DNA of 64,000 bases from a virus (lineage: Duplodnaviria; Caudoviricetes): positions 1 through 64,000 of IMG/VR virus record IMGVR_UViG_3300031134_000004, one strand, 5' to 3'. The position numbers and the translations under genes are program-made. The notes under the pieces are model-generated. The model was not told where the DNA came from, did not search any database, and worked only from the letters and a program-made list of their open reading frames with translations. Of this stretch, positions 18,808 to 27,482 are shown piece by piece; position 1 is the stretch's first letter; each line of letters starts with the position of its first letter.

Positions 18808-19212
18808 ATGCTTAACCTTCCTGACCTTAAGAACAAAGTCACGTATAACTTCGACGTGTACCCAACTGCCTTCATTGGCAACAACTATAAGAACGTGACC
18901 GTATTGGGCACCATCACCCGTGAGATGGCCAACATGGAAATCGACACGGCAGCGCTGCACATCCAATGCTTTAACACGCTGCCTGCGGGTACACCGAATG
19001 ATCCAGATGCGTACGACTACGTCAAGCTGCGCTTCCCTGACGGCAGCACAACCGTCATTGGCTTGGCCTGGATCAAACCAGAAACAGTTGAACTGATCGA
19101 CGCCCGTGTCATTACGGTCAAGATCGGCGGCCGTACGCCTGCTGACTTGGCCCGCATCAAAAACATCCTGGTGCAAAACGGGTTAAACGATCTGGAATTT
19201 AGTATCAGCTAA
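18808..19212 (+). CDS. Conserved phiKZ-like hypothetical protein (gp49-like position), 134 aa
   Basis: Beta-rich (TYNFDVYP...NYKNVTV); last gene before the DNA polymerase as in phiKZ synteny. Confidence 0.65.
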   Translation: MLNLPDLKNKVTYNFDVYPTAFIGNNYKNVTVLGTITREMANMEIDTAALHIQCFNTLPAGTPNDPDAYDYVKLRFPDGSTTVIGLAWIKPETVELIDARVITVKIGGRTPADLARIKNILVQNGLNDLEFSIS

Positions 19213-19228
19213 ATTTTAGTATAGTATG
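19211..19228 (+). promoter_or_regulatory. Putative promoter of ncRNA-2, ending in TATG
   Basis: Ends in TATG, the phiKZ late-promoter core with G as +1; this G is the first base of the predicted closing stem. Confidence 0.55.
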
Positions 19229-19600
19229 CAGAACCATGGAGAAGAGTTTTTTTACTGGCTTGCCCCCATGATTTGCGACAGAGGCGTGACACGTCTTGGT
19301 TGCTGTGCTTAGCGTTTCGTGCTAGAACGTTAGGTAGAGAACTTTCAATAACCAGTTACCCCTCTGGGTGTTGAAAGGATGTTAGGGCAATCAAACTTTC
19401 CATTATCGCTACGGGATTTCACTTCCTTGTTTGACCGTATCGATAGCAACTCTTTGGCTGGATGCGAGGGTCAGGTCTGCGTCTCCCCCGACGCACATAC
19501 CCCTTTCGGCGTCGCTCGAGAGTTGGAGAGGGTGGTTGTTCTGCTGGGAAAAAAGGGCTATTTAGGGAGAGGATCGAAAGGTCTTCTCCCATTTTTTTTT
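19228..19600 (+). ncRNA. Candidate structured ncRNA-2 (about 370 nt) with its own terminator
   Basis: 5' GCAGAAC (19228-34) pairs with GTTCTGC (19538-44); internal stems CATGG/CCATG, TATCGCTACGG/CCGTATCGATA, CAACTCT/AGAGTTG, TGCGTC/GACGCA; terminator at the 3' end. Confidence 0.68.
19565..19600 (+). terminator. Intrinsic terminator
   Basis: GGGAGAGGATC-GAAA-GGTCTTCTCCC followed by a T9+ tract. Confidence 0.85.
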
Positions 19601-19719
19601 TATGCCCCCAAAATAGGCTTCGGCCTTTATGCCGTATCTTTTTTTATTTGTCTAGCTCATGGAAAACAAAGAAAAATTATCGAGCGGGCTCATGGTGTAG
19701 ACCAAACAAGGAGCCGTTC

Positions 19720-21930
19720 ATGTCTGACGAAGTTCTCGATAATAATCCCTTCGTACTCCCTAAGCCAGAGTACACCCGCGACATCGCGGTGATTCGCCAT
19801 TACATCAACGATGGCGCGCTGTATTTGCACAAAATGTCGGGCAAGCCACTTGAACAGTGCGAAGCGTTTATTCGCGAAAGCTTGCAACCGGGTGGTCAGT
19901 TCGAATTTAAAGATCCTGAAGTTCACTTCCTGCTGCGTAAAGACAACGGCGATCGCGTCAAAGCCAAGACCACGCTGTCGAACTACATTAACGATGCAGT
20001 CAAGAACAATGAACTCATCGCCCCAACCTTAACGACGTATTTGCCAGCCTCGAAAGTCAGTTCGCTGTTGGTGGACTTCATTGACATCAACGTCAAAAAG
20101 CGTGGTGTGGCAAAGAAGGCCCAGTTCAAAGCCATGATGGCAGGCGACAAAGAAGTCGAGACGCTTAAGAAGGGTGAGCAAACAACGTACAAGCTCGGGA
20201 ACAACTCGATCTCCGGTGCCCACGTCTCAGCTTCGACGCCACTGTTTAACCGCACGGCGCACAGCACCTTGACGTCGAACTGCCGCTCGACTTCGGGTTA
20301 CGGTAACGCCAACAATGAAAAGTTCCTGTGTGGTAATCGCCACTACTGGAGTCCTGACATCGTTCGGGCAAATATCATCTCGATTGTGAACCATACGAAC
20401 TATCCGCAGATGGAAGCGGCGATGCAAAAGTTCGGTATCCGTGTTCCGACCGTGGATGAAACCATGCAAGTGATCGAGTATTCAGCCAAGCTGTACTGGA
20501 ACGGTCAAGACCAGTACGACCGGGTCCGTGAACTTGTCAATACCTTGACTGACCTGGAACGTGCTGCATTTGTCTACACGGGCGACCTGTACCACTTGCG
20601 TCAGTTTAACGATAACGTAGCGCGTCAATTCATCGACAAGCTCTCACGCCGTGTTGCGGACCGTACGTACGACGATCCTGATGCGATCATCACCAGTACG
20701 TCAGAAGACAGCCACCACTTGGCTACGCAAATCTGCTGCAATGAGATGCGCGGTAAGACGCTTGGTAAGAATGTCCACACTGGCAAGTACGAAGTCGAAG
20801 AAGGCGACAAGAAAAAGCCACGTCTGGAAGCTGCCGATAAGCACGCGCGTTTGATGATCGTCACGGGCACCATCGAGAACATTGACAATGTCTTGAAAGA
20901 GTACTGGGACTTGATCCGTGCATTCTGGGTAACGCCAAACATTCCTGCTTCAGTCGCTGTGTTCCCTGACAGTATCCGCCGCTCGGCCGTCACGTCAGAT
21001 ACTGACTCGACCATCTTCTCGGTGCAAGACTGGGTCATGTGGAGCGAAGGACGCATTACGTTCACCGACAAAGCCATGGGTGTGGGCGCTTCGATGATCT
21101 TCTTGGCAGCGCAGACCATCACGCACGTCTTGGCTCGCATGTCGGCGAACTTTGGTGTCGAGCAAAAACGCTTGAACCAGATTGCCATGAAGAACGAGTT
21201 TTACTTCCCGGTCTTCGTGCCAACCCAAGTGGCCAAGCACTATTACGCCAAGCGTTCGGTGCAAGAGGGTAACGTGTTCGGTGAGATGGACATGGAGATC
21301 AAGGGCGTTCACTTGAAATCCTCGAACGCACCGAAAGAAGTCATGGATGCGGCCAAGGACATGATGGACTTTATCATGTCGTCTGTCTTGCGTGAAGAAA
21401 AGATCAGCATTAACAAGATCATGACTGACATCGCTAACATCGAACGTAGCGTCATCAATTCGATTAAGCGCGGTGGTCACGAATACTTCCGCAAGGGTCA
21501 GATCAAAACGCCAAGTTCATACGTCGATGGCGAGACGGCCACGCCTTACCAACAGTATCTGCTCTGGCACGATTGCTTTGCGTGTAAGTACGGCGAGATT
21601 CAAGAACCGCCTTACATGTCGATTAAGATCTCGGCAGACTTGTCGTCACCGGCCAAGACGAAAGAATGGTTGCGTAAGATCGAAGACAAAGCACTTGTTG
21701 AACGTATCGAACGCTGGATGGATCGTCAAGGTAAGAAGCACTTGGGTACAGCCTTCATGTTGCCTGAACAAGTCTTGCAACAAGGCGGCATCCCAGAAGA
21801 AATCCTGGCTGCTGTTGATGTGCGTAAGATCGTGCTCGAAACCACCAAGGTGTTTTACCTCGTCCTCGAAACGCTTGGTATCTACATGCTCAATGGCAAA
21901 ATGTCGCGCTTGTGCGTTGACACTCACTAA
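19720..21930 (+). CDS. Family B DNA polymerase, polymerase-containing half of the split enzyme (phiKZ gp50-like)
   Basis: YKLGNNSISG (motif B-like) and SDTDSTIF (motif C); AACAAGGAG RBS before ATG 19720; 736 aa. Confidence 0.88.
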   Translation: MSDEVLDNNPFVLPKPEYTRDIAVIRHYINDGALYLHKMSGKPLEQCEAFIRESLQPGGQFEFKDPEVHFLLRKDNGDRVKAKTTLSNYINDAVKNNELIAPTLTTYLPASKVSSLLVDFIDINVKKRGVAKKAQFKAMMAGDKEVETLKKGEQTTYKLGNNSISGAHVSASTPLFNRTAHSTLTSNCRSTSGYGNANNEKFLCGNRHYWSPDIVRANIISIVNHTNYPQMEAAMQKFGIRVPTVDETMQVIEYSAKLYWNGQDQYDRVRELVNTLTDLERAAFVYTGDLYHLRQFNDNVARQFIDKLSRRVADRTYDDPDAIITSTSEDSHHLATQICCNEMRGKTLGKNVHTGKYEVEEGDKKKPRLEAADKHARLMIVTGTIENIDNVLKEYWDLIRAFWVTPNIPASVAVFPDSIRRSAVTSDTDSTIFSVQDWVMWSEGRITFTDKAMGVGASMIFLAAQTITHVLARMSANFGVEQKRLNQIAMKNEFYFPVFVPTQVAKHYYAKRSVQEGNVFGEMDMEIKGVHLKSSNAPKEVMDAAKDMMDFIMSSVLREEKISINKIMTDIANIERSVINSIKRGGHEYFRKGQIKTPSSYVDGETATPYQQYLLWHDCFACKYGEIQEPPYMSIKISADLSSPAKTKEWLRKIEDKALVERIERWMDRQGKKHLGTAFMLPEQVLQQGGIPEEILAAVDVRKIVLETTKVFYLVLETLGIYMLNGKMSRLCVDTH

Positions 21931-21939
21931 GGAAAAAGA

Positions 21940-22863
21940 ATGTTCCCTCCGAAACTAACTGGTTACGATGCTAGTTACAAAGTACCGTGCGGTCGTCCTA
22001 CGTGGTATCGGGGGTTCCCTTGCCACGATGTGATGTTGTGTCCTACCTGTAAAAAGGTTCAGGCTGACCGCAGGCTCATGACTGCAGTTGCCAGTTACGA
22101 AAAGAAAGAAAGCATGCATTACACTTTGGAACAAGCAGCAAGAAAGTCAGCGGGTTCTTTCTACTCGCCTGAATTCGATAACCATACGCCATGCGCGCCT
22201 GATGCTGACTTCGTGACGGAACACGGGATTGGCTTTTGGTATCCAACGAGCATGTTTGCGTACGGCAGCGCAATCTACCGCTGCATGGTTGACTTGATGA
22301 TCAAGCGGATCGAAGCAGCTGGTGCCGAGCCCCAATTGCGTTATCTGCCCTCCATGCCGGCATTGCCACCGGCTGATTGTGTCCACCGTGGTAATAGCGC
22401 CTATCGTACTGCTGGTGTGGAAGCGTTCGGTAAAGCAGTCATTGAAGTTCTGGACAAATACGTGAAAGACAGAATTGCTTCCGTCACGGTGGAAGAAAAG
22501 CAAAAGTTCTGTCAAACGGGCCAAGTGTACGTAAAGGAGCTGAGCTTCTTTACACCACAAGCGCCGGTTCGCGATTACGTCAGTGAAGACTCGAAGCCCT
22601 ACTGGGGCTGGACAAGTATGGGTAACTTCATCCGCGCCGTCGGGCAAGCGATGTGGAAAGAACTCAACAGCCACGCAGACAAAGCAGGCGGCGTCTCGCT
22701 GGGAGCGTTTCCTGACTATCCACCTTATCCAGTAGCGGCGCTGAAGATTGGTGACAATTGCTACTTCAGTGAGCAGCAACTGCTGGACGTGGCCAACGAG
22801 ATCATCGAAAACGCTCTTCACCGTGCCTTACCCATCATCATCAAAGCCAAGGAGAAAATGTGA
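21940..22863 (+). CDS. Hypothetical protein with Cys/His-rich N-terminus, 307 aa
   Basis: AAGGA RBS; CG...CHD...CPTC putative Zn site. Confidence 0.65.
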   Translation: MFPPKLTGYDASYKVPCGRPTWYRGFPCHDVMLCPTCKKVQADRRLMTAVASYEKKESMHYTLEQAARKSAGSFYSPEFDNHTPCAPDADFVTEHGIGFWYPTSMFAYGSAIYRCMVDLMIKRIEAAGAEPQLRYLPSMPALPPADCVHRGNSAYRTAGVEAFGKAVIEVLDKYVKDRIASVTVEEKQKFCQTGQVYVKELSFFTPQAPVRDYVSEDSKPYWGWTSMGNFIRAVGQAMWKELNSHADKAGGVSLGAFPDYPPYPVAALKIGDNCYFSEQQLLDVANEIIENALHRALPIIIKAKEKM

Positions 22864-23396
22864 ACGACCATAAAGTACCATGCGGGACGGTTTCCGCTTA
22901 CGACAAACAGTGCGATAGCGAACAGCTTTGCGCGGCCTGTAAAGAGATCACCCAACTGCGTGATCGGGTGCGTGAACTGGAAGGGTTGAAGCTTTTTGTC
23001 AATCTCCAACAGATCGGTCACTTCGCCGATGCAATGGCGCAAACGCGTGCTCTGTTGTCCGGTGCTGAAGCCGATGATATTGCACGCTCCGTTGCGCGGG
23101 GTCGACTCGCTGCCTTGGTTCGCGATATCACGGAAACGGTGATCCCAACCAGCGATCCAAAGTTCGTGGTCAAAGGCGGGATCATCTGCAATGCCAAGAC
23201 GAACGAACCGATTCCGGACGATGAACCAATCATGATCTTCCGGGCCAAAGACGCCCTTGCAGCAAAGACGATCTTTGATTACGGCATGAACTTCCAACCC
23301 GGCACGCCACACCGTGTGGCAATCGACAACCAACACATGGCCTTCGTCGACTTCTCGCACGCGCATCCCGATCGCATGAAACAACCCGATACTTAA
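22860..23396 (+). CDS. Hypothetical protein, 178 aa
   Basis: AAGGAG RBS, GTGA overlap; DEPIMIFRAKD motif seen in many phage proteins. Confidence 0.65.
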   Translation: MNDHKVPCGTVSAYDKQCDSEQLCAACKEITQLRDRVRELEGLKLFVNLQQIGHFADAMAQTRALLSGAEADDIARSVARGRLAALVRDITETVIPTSDPKFVVKGGIICNAKTNEPIPDDEPIMIFRAKDALAAKTIFDYGMNFQPGTPHRVAIDNQHMAFVDFSHAHPDRMKQPDT

Positions 23397-23400
23397 ATCG

Positions 23401-23440
23401 GCGTCATAGAGGCTGGGGTCATCCCCAGCCCTTATGCCGT
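23401..23440. terminator. Bidirectional hairpin, family member
   Basis: GCGTCATA-g-AGGCTGGGG-tcat-CCCCAGCCCT-TATGCCGT. Confidence 0.75.
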
Positions 23441-23625
23441 TAGCACATGATGGATTTTGCCCGGAACTGCAAACTACCGAAATCGCTTTCGTCTTGATCG
23501 ACCCGAGCTTGGCATTGGGTTTGCTCGTCATCTTCCAACTCGTGCTGATGGCGAACTTCAAGTTCCCGACCGTAGTCGCGATTGCGGGTCAAGTGCTTGG
23601 GAATCAGATTCGAGTTGGTTTGCAT
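23440..23625 (-). CDS. Small acidic protein, 61 aa
   Basis: TAGGT RBS; follows the 23637 gene and stops exactly at the hairpin. Confidence 0.55.
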   Translation of the reverse strand: MQTNSNLIPKHLTRNRDYGRELEVRHQHELEDDEQTQCQARVDQDESDFGSLQFRAKSIMC

Positions 23626-23636
23626 GATGAATTTAC

Positions 23637-24731
23637 CTATACGCTAGAGAGAACCACTTCGTCAATTTCGTCCTGGATGAAATAGTACTCTTCCAAGGGC
23701 AGCATGTTCTTCATGAGATTGTTCGTTCTCCAACGAATAACTTCACGTAGCACGCGATTGACTTGATGGCGATTATTAGAGCCTGGGCCTTCTTCCAAAA
23801 TCTGGAACAAGAACGAGACAGAGGGAAGTCGGGCGATGACTAATGCCCAGAGCGCTTGCTGTGTGGGTGCAATGTCTGGCAATACGAATGCTTGTTCGAG
23901 ATTGTCTTTGGTAACAAGTGGGACAGAGCGCAGAATTTCAGTAAAATCTTTACCACGACCACGTAGGTTATGTAAGATTTCTGCCTGCATGCGATCGACC
24001 TTGCTTACATAGTCATTGAGGAAGAAAGAATGCTCTTTGGTGGTCGCGCCCAGTGGTGCTCCTTTACGCCGGTTGTTAAGACGGTTAAAGAGTGCCTGGT
24101 CCAGATGCGAGAACAACATGTTCGGAATGACATACATGTGGATGAACTGCATGATGGAACGTTCCGACACACTTTGTCCATCTGAGAGCATTGTTTCATT
24201 TAAACGAAACGCCCGGTATTGAATAGCCAGCATCGGGATGTTAATCGCAATGACAGCAAGACCGGATTCTGACCCTGAACGTGTCCCGTCTGGTAAGTTC
24301 AGTGCCAAGTCACTCTTAGCGTGACGCAGTACTTTAACAGGGCAGACGTTTTGCCAATTGCGATGCGCTTCGAAGATGTCAAAGCTTTCCGTATGGGCGA
24401 TCAAGACTTCTGGATTGCCTTGTCCATAGAACACGCCATCAAAGAGTCGACCCTTTGCAATGGACGAAGTCATTTTTAACGCCATTGATACATGTAATGC
24501 GAGAGCATCCACATTGTCATAGTAGCGTTCCAGATTATGCGAATGGGGCACCGTGATGGTTTGCAAAAGCTTGACTAAGAAGTGCGAGCTTTGGACCGCC
24601 ATGGGGTTTTTGCGATAGAAGCGAATCACCGTGCCAAGGTTTCGCTTTAACCCATCGCGAACGTACTGCCACTCGGGGTACTTATAAGTACCAAAGGCAG
24701 CCGTGGACATCAAGTTAAACAGATTGTACAT
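23637..24731 (-). CDS. Conserved virion protein (phiKZ gp52-like position), 364 aa
   Basis: Size, strand and position between DNA polymerase and chmA; TATG motif upstream. Confidence 0.6.
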   Translation of the reverse strand: MYNLFNLMSTAAFGTYKYPEWQYVRDGLKRNLGTVIRFYRKNPMAVQSSHFLVKLLQTITVPHSHNLERYYDNVDALALHVSMALKMTSSIAKGRLFDGVFYGQGNPEVLIAHTESFDIFEAHRNWQNVCPVKVLRHAKSDLALNLPDGTRSGSESGLAVIAINIPMLAIQYRAFRLNETMLSDGQSVSERSIMQFIHMYVIPNMLFSHLDQALFNRLNNRRKGAPLGATTKEHSFFLNDYVSKVDRMQAEILHNLRGRGKDFTEILRSVPLVTKDNLEQAFVLPDIAPTQQALWALVIARLPSVSFLFQILEEGPGSNNRHQVNRVLREVIRWRTNNLMKNMLPLEEYYFIQDEIDEVVLSSV

Positions 24732-24784
24732 GGTGATGGTCCGGTGGAGATGAGTGGGAATTTAGCATAAAATGAGGAGGTCTC

Positions 24785-25174
24785 TTGGACCAGAAGAAGA
24801 AGCGTACATTGCATAAGCAAGACGCGAAGCTTGTATTGGCAGTGGCAACGCACCTTGGCTGGACGGAGATCTTCCAAATTGGTAACTCGTTCATGGGACG
24901 ACCACCGGGTGGTTCTCCTAATAGTCGAGACCAAGCCATGGTTCCTGACTGGGTCAATAGCTTCGATGCAGCGTGCTCTCTCGCCGTCGAACACAACTGT
25001 TACCCAGACAGGTCACACATGCAACATGAACATTACTGGGCAGCGCAAAGCGAGCGAGTCATTAAGCCAGAGCATGCTTACCGCTTGGCGATTTTGCGTA
25101 ACGTCTTAATGCTCATGAAACACATCAACCATGAAAAACAGGAAAGGGGACAGGGGGCTGCAAATCAAGGATAA
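24785..25174 (+). CDS. Phage ABA-sandwich-domain-like protein, 129 aa
   Basis: VATHLGW ... VPDWVNSFDAACSL pattern; GAGGAGG RBS. Confidence 0.5.
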   Translation: MDQKKKRTLHKQDAKLVLAVATHLGWTEIFQIGNSFMGRPPGGSPNSRDQAMVPDWVNSFDAACSLAVEHNCYPDRSHMQHEHYWAAQSERVIKPEHAYRLAILRNVLMLMKHINHEKQERGQGAANQG

Positions 25175-25332
25175 CGACCAGGGTGATAACATCTTGGTAA
25201 AAATTTACTAGCACACTCCTTATTCTATAGACCAAGAACTCACCTTCTTGACTATACAGCCAAGGTACACGCCTTGACTGTAAGGACGTATAATGTCGTT
25301 CCTTGTTTTTAACGATTCTAAAAAGTTTCACA

Positions 25333-25351
25333 CACATATCACAAAATTGAA
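25333..25351 (+). promoter_or_regulatory. Early promoter-like motif upstream of chmA
   Basis: CACATATCACAAAATTGAA, two mismatches to the 19-nt consensus. Confidence 0.55.
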
Positions 25352-25414
25352 CATAGTAGAGTAATCGAACTGTTTGCGCAAACATTTAACTCTTGTACAT
25401 AAAAGGAAATAGCC

Positions 25415-27358
25415 ATGGCCGTCAATGGAAACAACAACAACAATGCATCCCAGTCCCAAACCCAGATGGGCGAGAAGATGAGCGACGCATTCACGCAACA
25501 AGCACGCACCGGCAATACCGACCGCCGCAACCAAGACCAGGGTCAAGGCAACCGTCAGGACAACCCGGCCAACCAGGCACACCGCGCCTCGGACGACCAA
25601 CAGCAGAAAGCATTCAGCTTCCGCAACATGGGCGCCATGGGCCGCTCGGCAATGGGTCGCAGCCCGACCTCGGAAGCGCTGGCCAAACTCGTTTCCTCGA
25701 TCAACGAGGTCTACGAGAAGAACGCTGACAAGAGCTTCGAGATCACCGTTCTGCCGATCGACATGAACTCGAACACCCAGCTGTCGGTTTCGGTCGCCAT
25801 CATCGGCCTGCGCGACAAGCAGCGTCCGCAACTGGGCGCCGCGTTCCACACGCTGATCATCGCCGGCTCGATCGACGAACCAGCACCGCGCTTCGAAAAC
25901 ATCGGCGGCGTCAACACCGAGATCACCCGCGTGGTCGGCGAAGCCTACGAAAGCACGATGATCGCTGTCGTGCGCGATGCAGTCGCTCGCCACTTCGGCA
26001 CGCAACTGCCGCTGTTTGATGCCGATGCTGAAGTTGTTCCACGCAGCTTCGATCTGAACGATCCACAAGCGATCTACACGCTGGCAGCGAACGCCCTGTT
26101 CGCCTGCTCGCAGGAACTCGAAACCCACGCCGATGACTTCCAGGACCTGAACCTGGCTTTCGTCGAACGCGATTCGAACCTGAACGTGCGCATCAACTAC
26201 GGCCAACCGCAATTCGTCGACTCGACCAGCCTGCCTAACCGCGGCGACATCGAGATCAACTTCTCGGCCGCGCCGACCAACCAAGGTCAGCAACAAGTCG
26301 AACGCACCAGCAACGTCTCGAGCACCCGCGGCTTCCTGGATCTGGCCTGGTCGCCAGTGCAACAGCAGCAGAACCAAGGCGGCTGGGCACAACCTGTCCA
26401 GTCGTTCCAGCGTTACGCTGCACGCTTCGTCATGACCGGTCTGGAATCGCAACAGCTGCTGACCATCCCGGCCCAGCTGCTCGCGCTGATCCCAGCACTG
26501 TCGCTGCGTGAAAACAACCAGTGGGTGCAAGCGTTCCGCAACACCGGCTTCGCGTCGGACGGCGTGGACCTGCACGATATCGGCGCCGTCGGCATCGAAG
26601 TCAACTTCGAGAACAACGCCAACGGTATCGGCTCGCGTATCGACACCAAGAGCGACAGCTTCAAGCCGGAACACCTGCACAAGCTGGTCGCTTCGACCGT
26701 GCAGCCTGGCCTGATCGTTTCGCTGGACGTGCCAGAATGCGGCGCCTCGACCTGGTACAACGGCGTGTTCGCAGCAGCAGCTGCCGGCAACCCACGTGCC
26801 AACCAGGCAATCATCGATGCAGCGAACCAGCTGACCAACGGCAAGTTCAGCAACTACTTCGGTGGTGGCCGCGTTGCCGTCGATGAAGACAACCGCATCC
26901 ACCTGGGCCACTACGCCGACCGTTCGGGCGTGCGTCGTGACATCCGTGACATCGACTACCTGGCCGTGCTGAATCTGGTCGGCGAGAAAGACCTGTCGGT
27001 GGTGCGTGACTGGTCGGACAGCTTCGTCAAGACCGGCTACCCGCTGGCTCTGCGCCTGGCTGGCCGTAAGCGCATCCTGACCAACCTGGTCAACGATGTG
27101 AAGATCACCGGCTACGCACGCCGCGTGACCTTCGAAGCGAACTTCCTGGACGCGCTGGCCAAAGCCGTCATCGACTGCGGCCTGTCGATCCGTACCCATG
27201 CTCCGTACGCGGACCTGGGTTCGATGGAACGTGCTTCGGGCGACTACCTGCGTTCGGCAATGCTGGATTCGGGCAACTCGGGCGTCTTCAACAGCGGTGG
27301 CGGCTTCGGCAACAACGCTGGCGTGGGCAACCGTGGCTTCGGCTTCAGCCGCTGGTAA
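25415..27358 (+). CDS. chmA: Chimallin, phage nuclear shell protein
   Basis: 647 aa, extreme high-expression codon bias, Q/N-rich N-terminus and G/F/N-rich C-terminus, immediately upstream of the nvRNAP beta' N subunit as in phiKZ gp54-gp55. Confidence 0.88.
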   Translation: MAVNGNNNNNASQSQTQMGEKMSDAFTQQARTGNTDRRNQDQGQGNRQDNPANQAHRASDDQQQKAFSFRNMGAMGRSAMGRSPTSEALAKLVSSINEVYEKNADKSFEITVLPIDMNSNTQLSVSVAIIGLRDKQRPQLGAAFHTLIIAGSIDEPAPRFENIGGVNTEITRVVGEAYESTMIAVVRDAVARHFGTQLPLFDADAEVVPRSFDLNDPQAIYTLAANALFACSQELETHADDFQDLNLAFVERDSNLNVRINYGQPQFVDSTSLPNRGDIEINFSAAPTNQGQQQVERTSNVSSTRGFLDLAWSPVQQQQNQGGWAQPVQSFQRYAARFVMTGLESQQLLTIPAQLLALIPALSLRENNQWVQAFRNTGFASDGVDLHDIGAVGIEVNFENNANGIGSRIDTKSDSFKPEHLHKLVASTVQPGLIVSLDVPECGASTWYNGVFAAAAAGNPRANQAIIDAANQLTNGKFSNYFGGGRVAVDEDNRIHLGHYADRSGVRRDIRDIDYLAVLNLVGEKDLSVVRDWSDSFVKTGYPLALRLAGRKRILTNLVNDVKITGYARRVTFEANFLDALAKAVIDCGLSIRTHAPYADLGSMERASGDYLRSAMLDSGNSGVFNSGGGFGNNAGVGNRGFGFSRW

Positions 27359-27385
27359 TAGTACGGCAAGATAGTTGAGTAGAGA

Positions 27386-27416
27386 AAAGAGGGAGCTTCG
27401 GCTTCCTCTTTTTTTT
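27386..27416 (+). terminator. Intrinsic terminator after chmA
   Basis: AAAAGAGGGAGC-TTCG-GCTTCCTCTTTT plus T tract. Confidence 0.85.
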
Positions 27417-27482
27417 CCCTTAACAAAAACAACAACGTAGTGAACCCTTAACTTCCTAGCATTATTCACAAAGGAGACTTCA

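Noticed and set aside
19372-19381. Shared 10-mer TGAAAGGATG between ncRNA-1 (14883) and ncRNA-2
   Set aside because: A 10-mer match between regions of this size is expected by chance fairly often, so it is not evidence of homology.
19462-19719. N-terminal extension of DNA polymerase, and ORF 19379-19792
   Set aside because: Both cross a strong terminator and poly-T tracts; the AACAAGGAG RBS supports ATG 19720.
23434-23685. 83-aa plus-strand hydrophobic ORF (holin-like appearance)
   Set aside because: It starts inside the hairpin, has no RBS, and is antisense to a 61-aa ORF with RBS, codon bias and a correct stop position.
25274-25294. Sigma70-like TTGACT...TATAAT upstream of chmA
   Set aside because: The spacer is 9 nt rather than about 17; the phage early motif at 25333 explains the region better.
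25125-25385. 86-aa minus-strand ORF upstream of chmA
   Set aside because: It overlaps the chmA promoter region and the end of the 24785 gene; it is AT-rich with no convincing start context.
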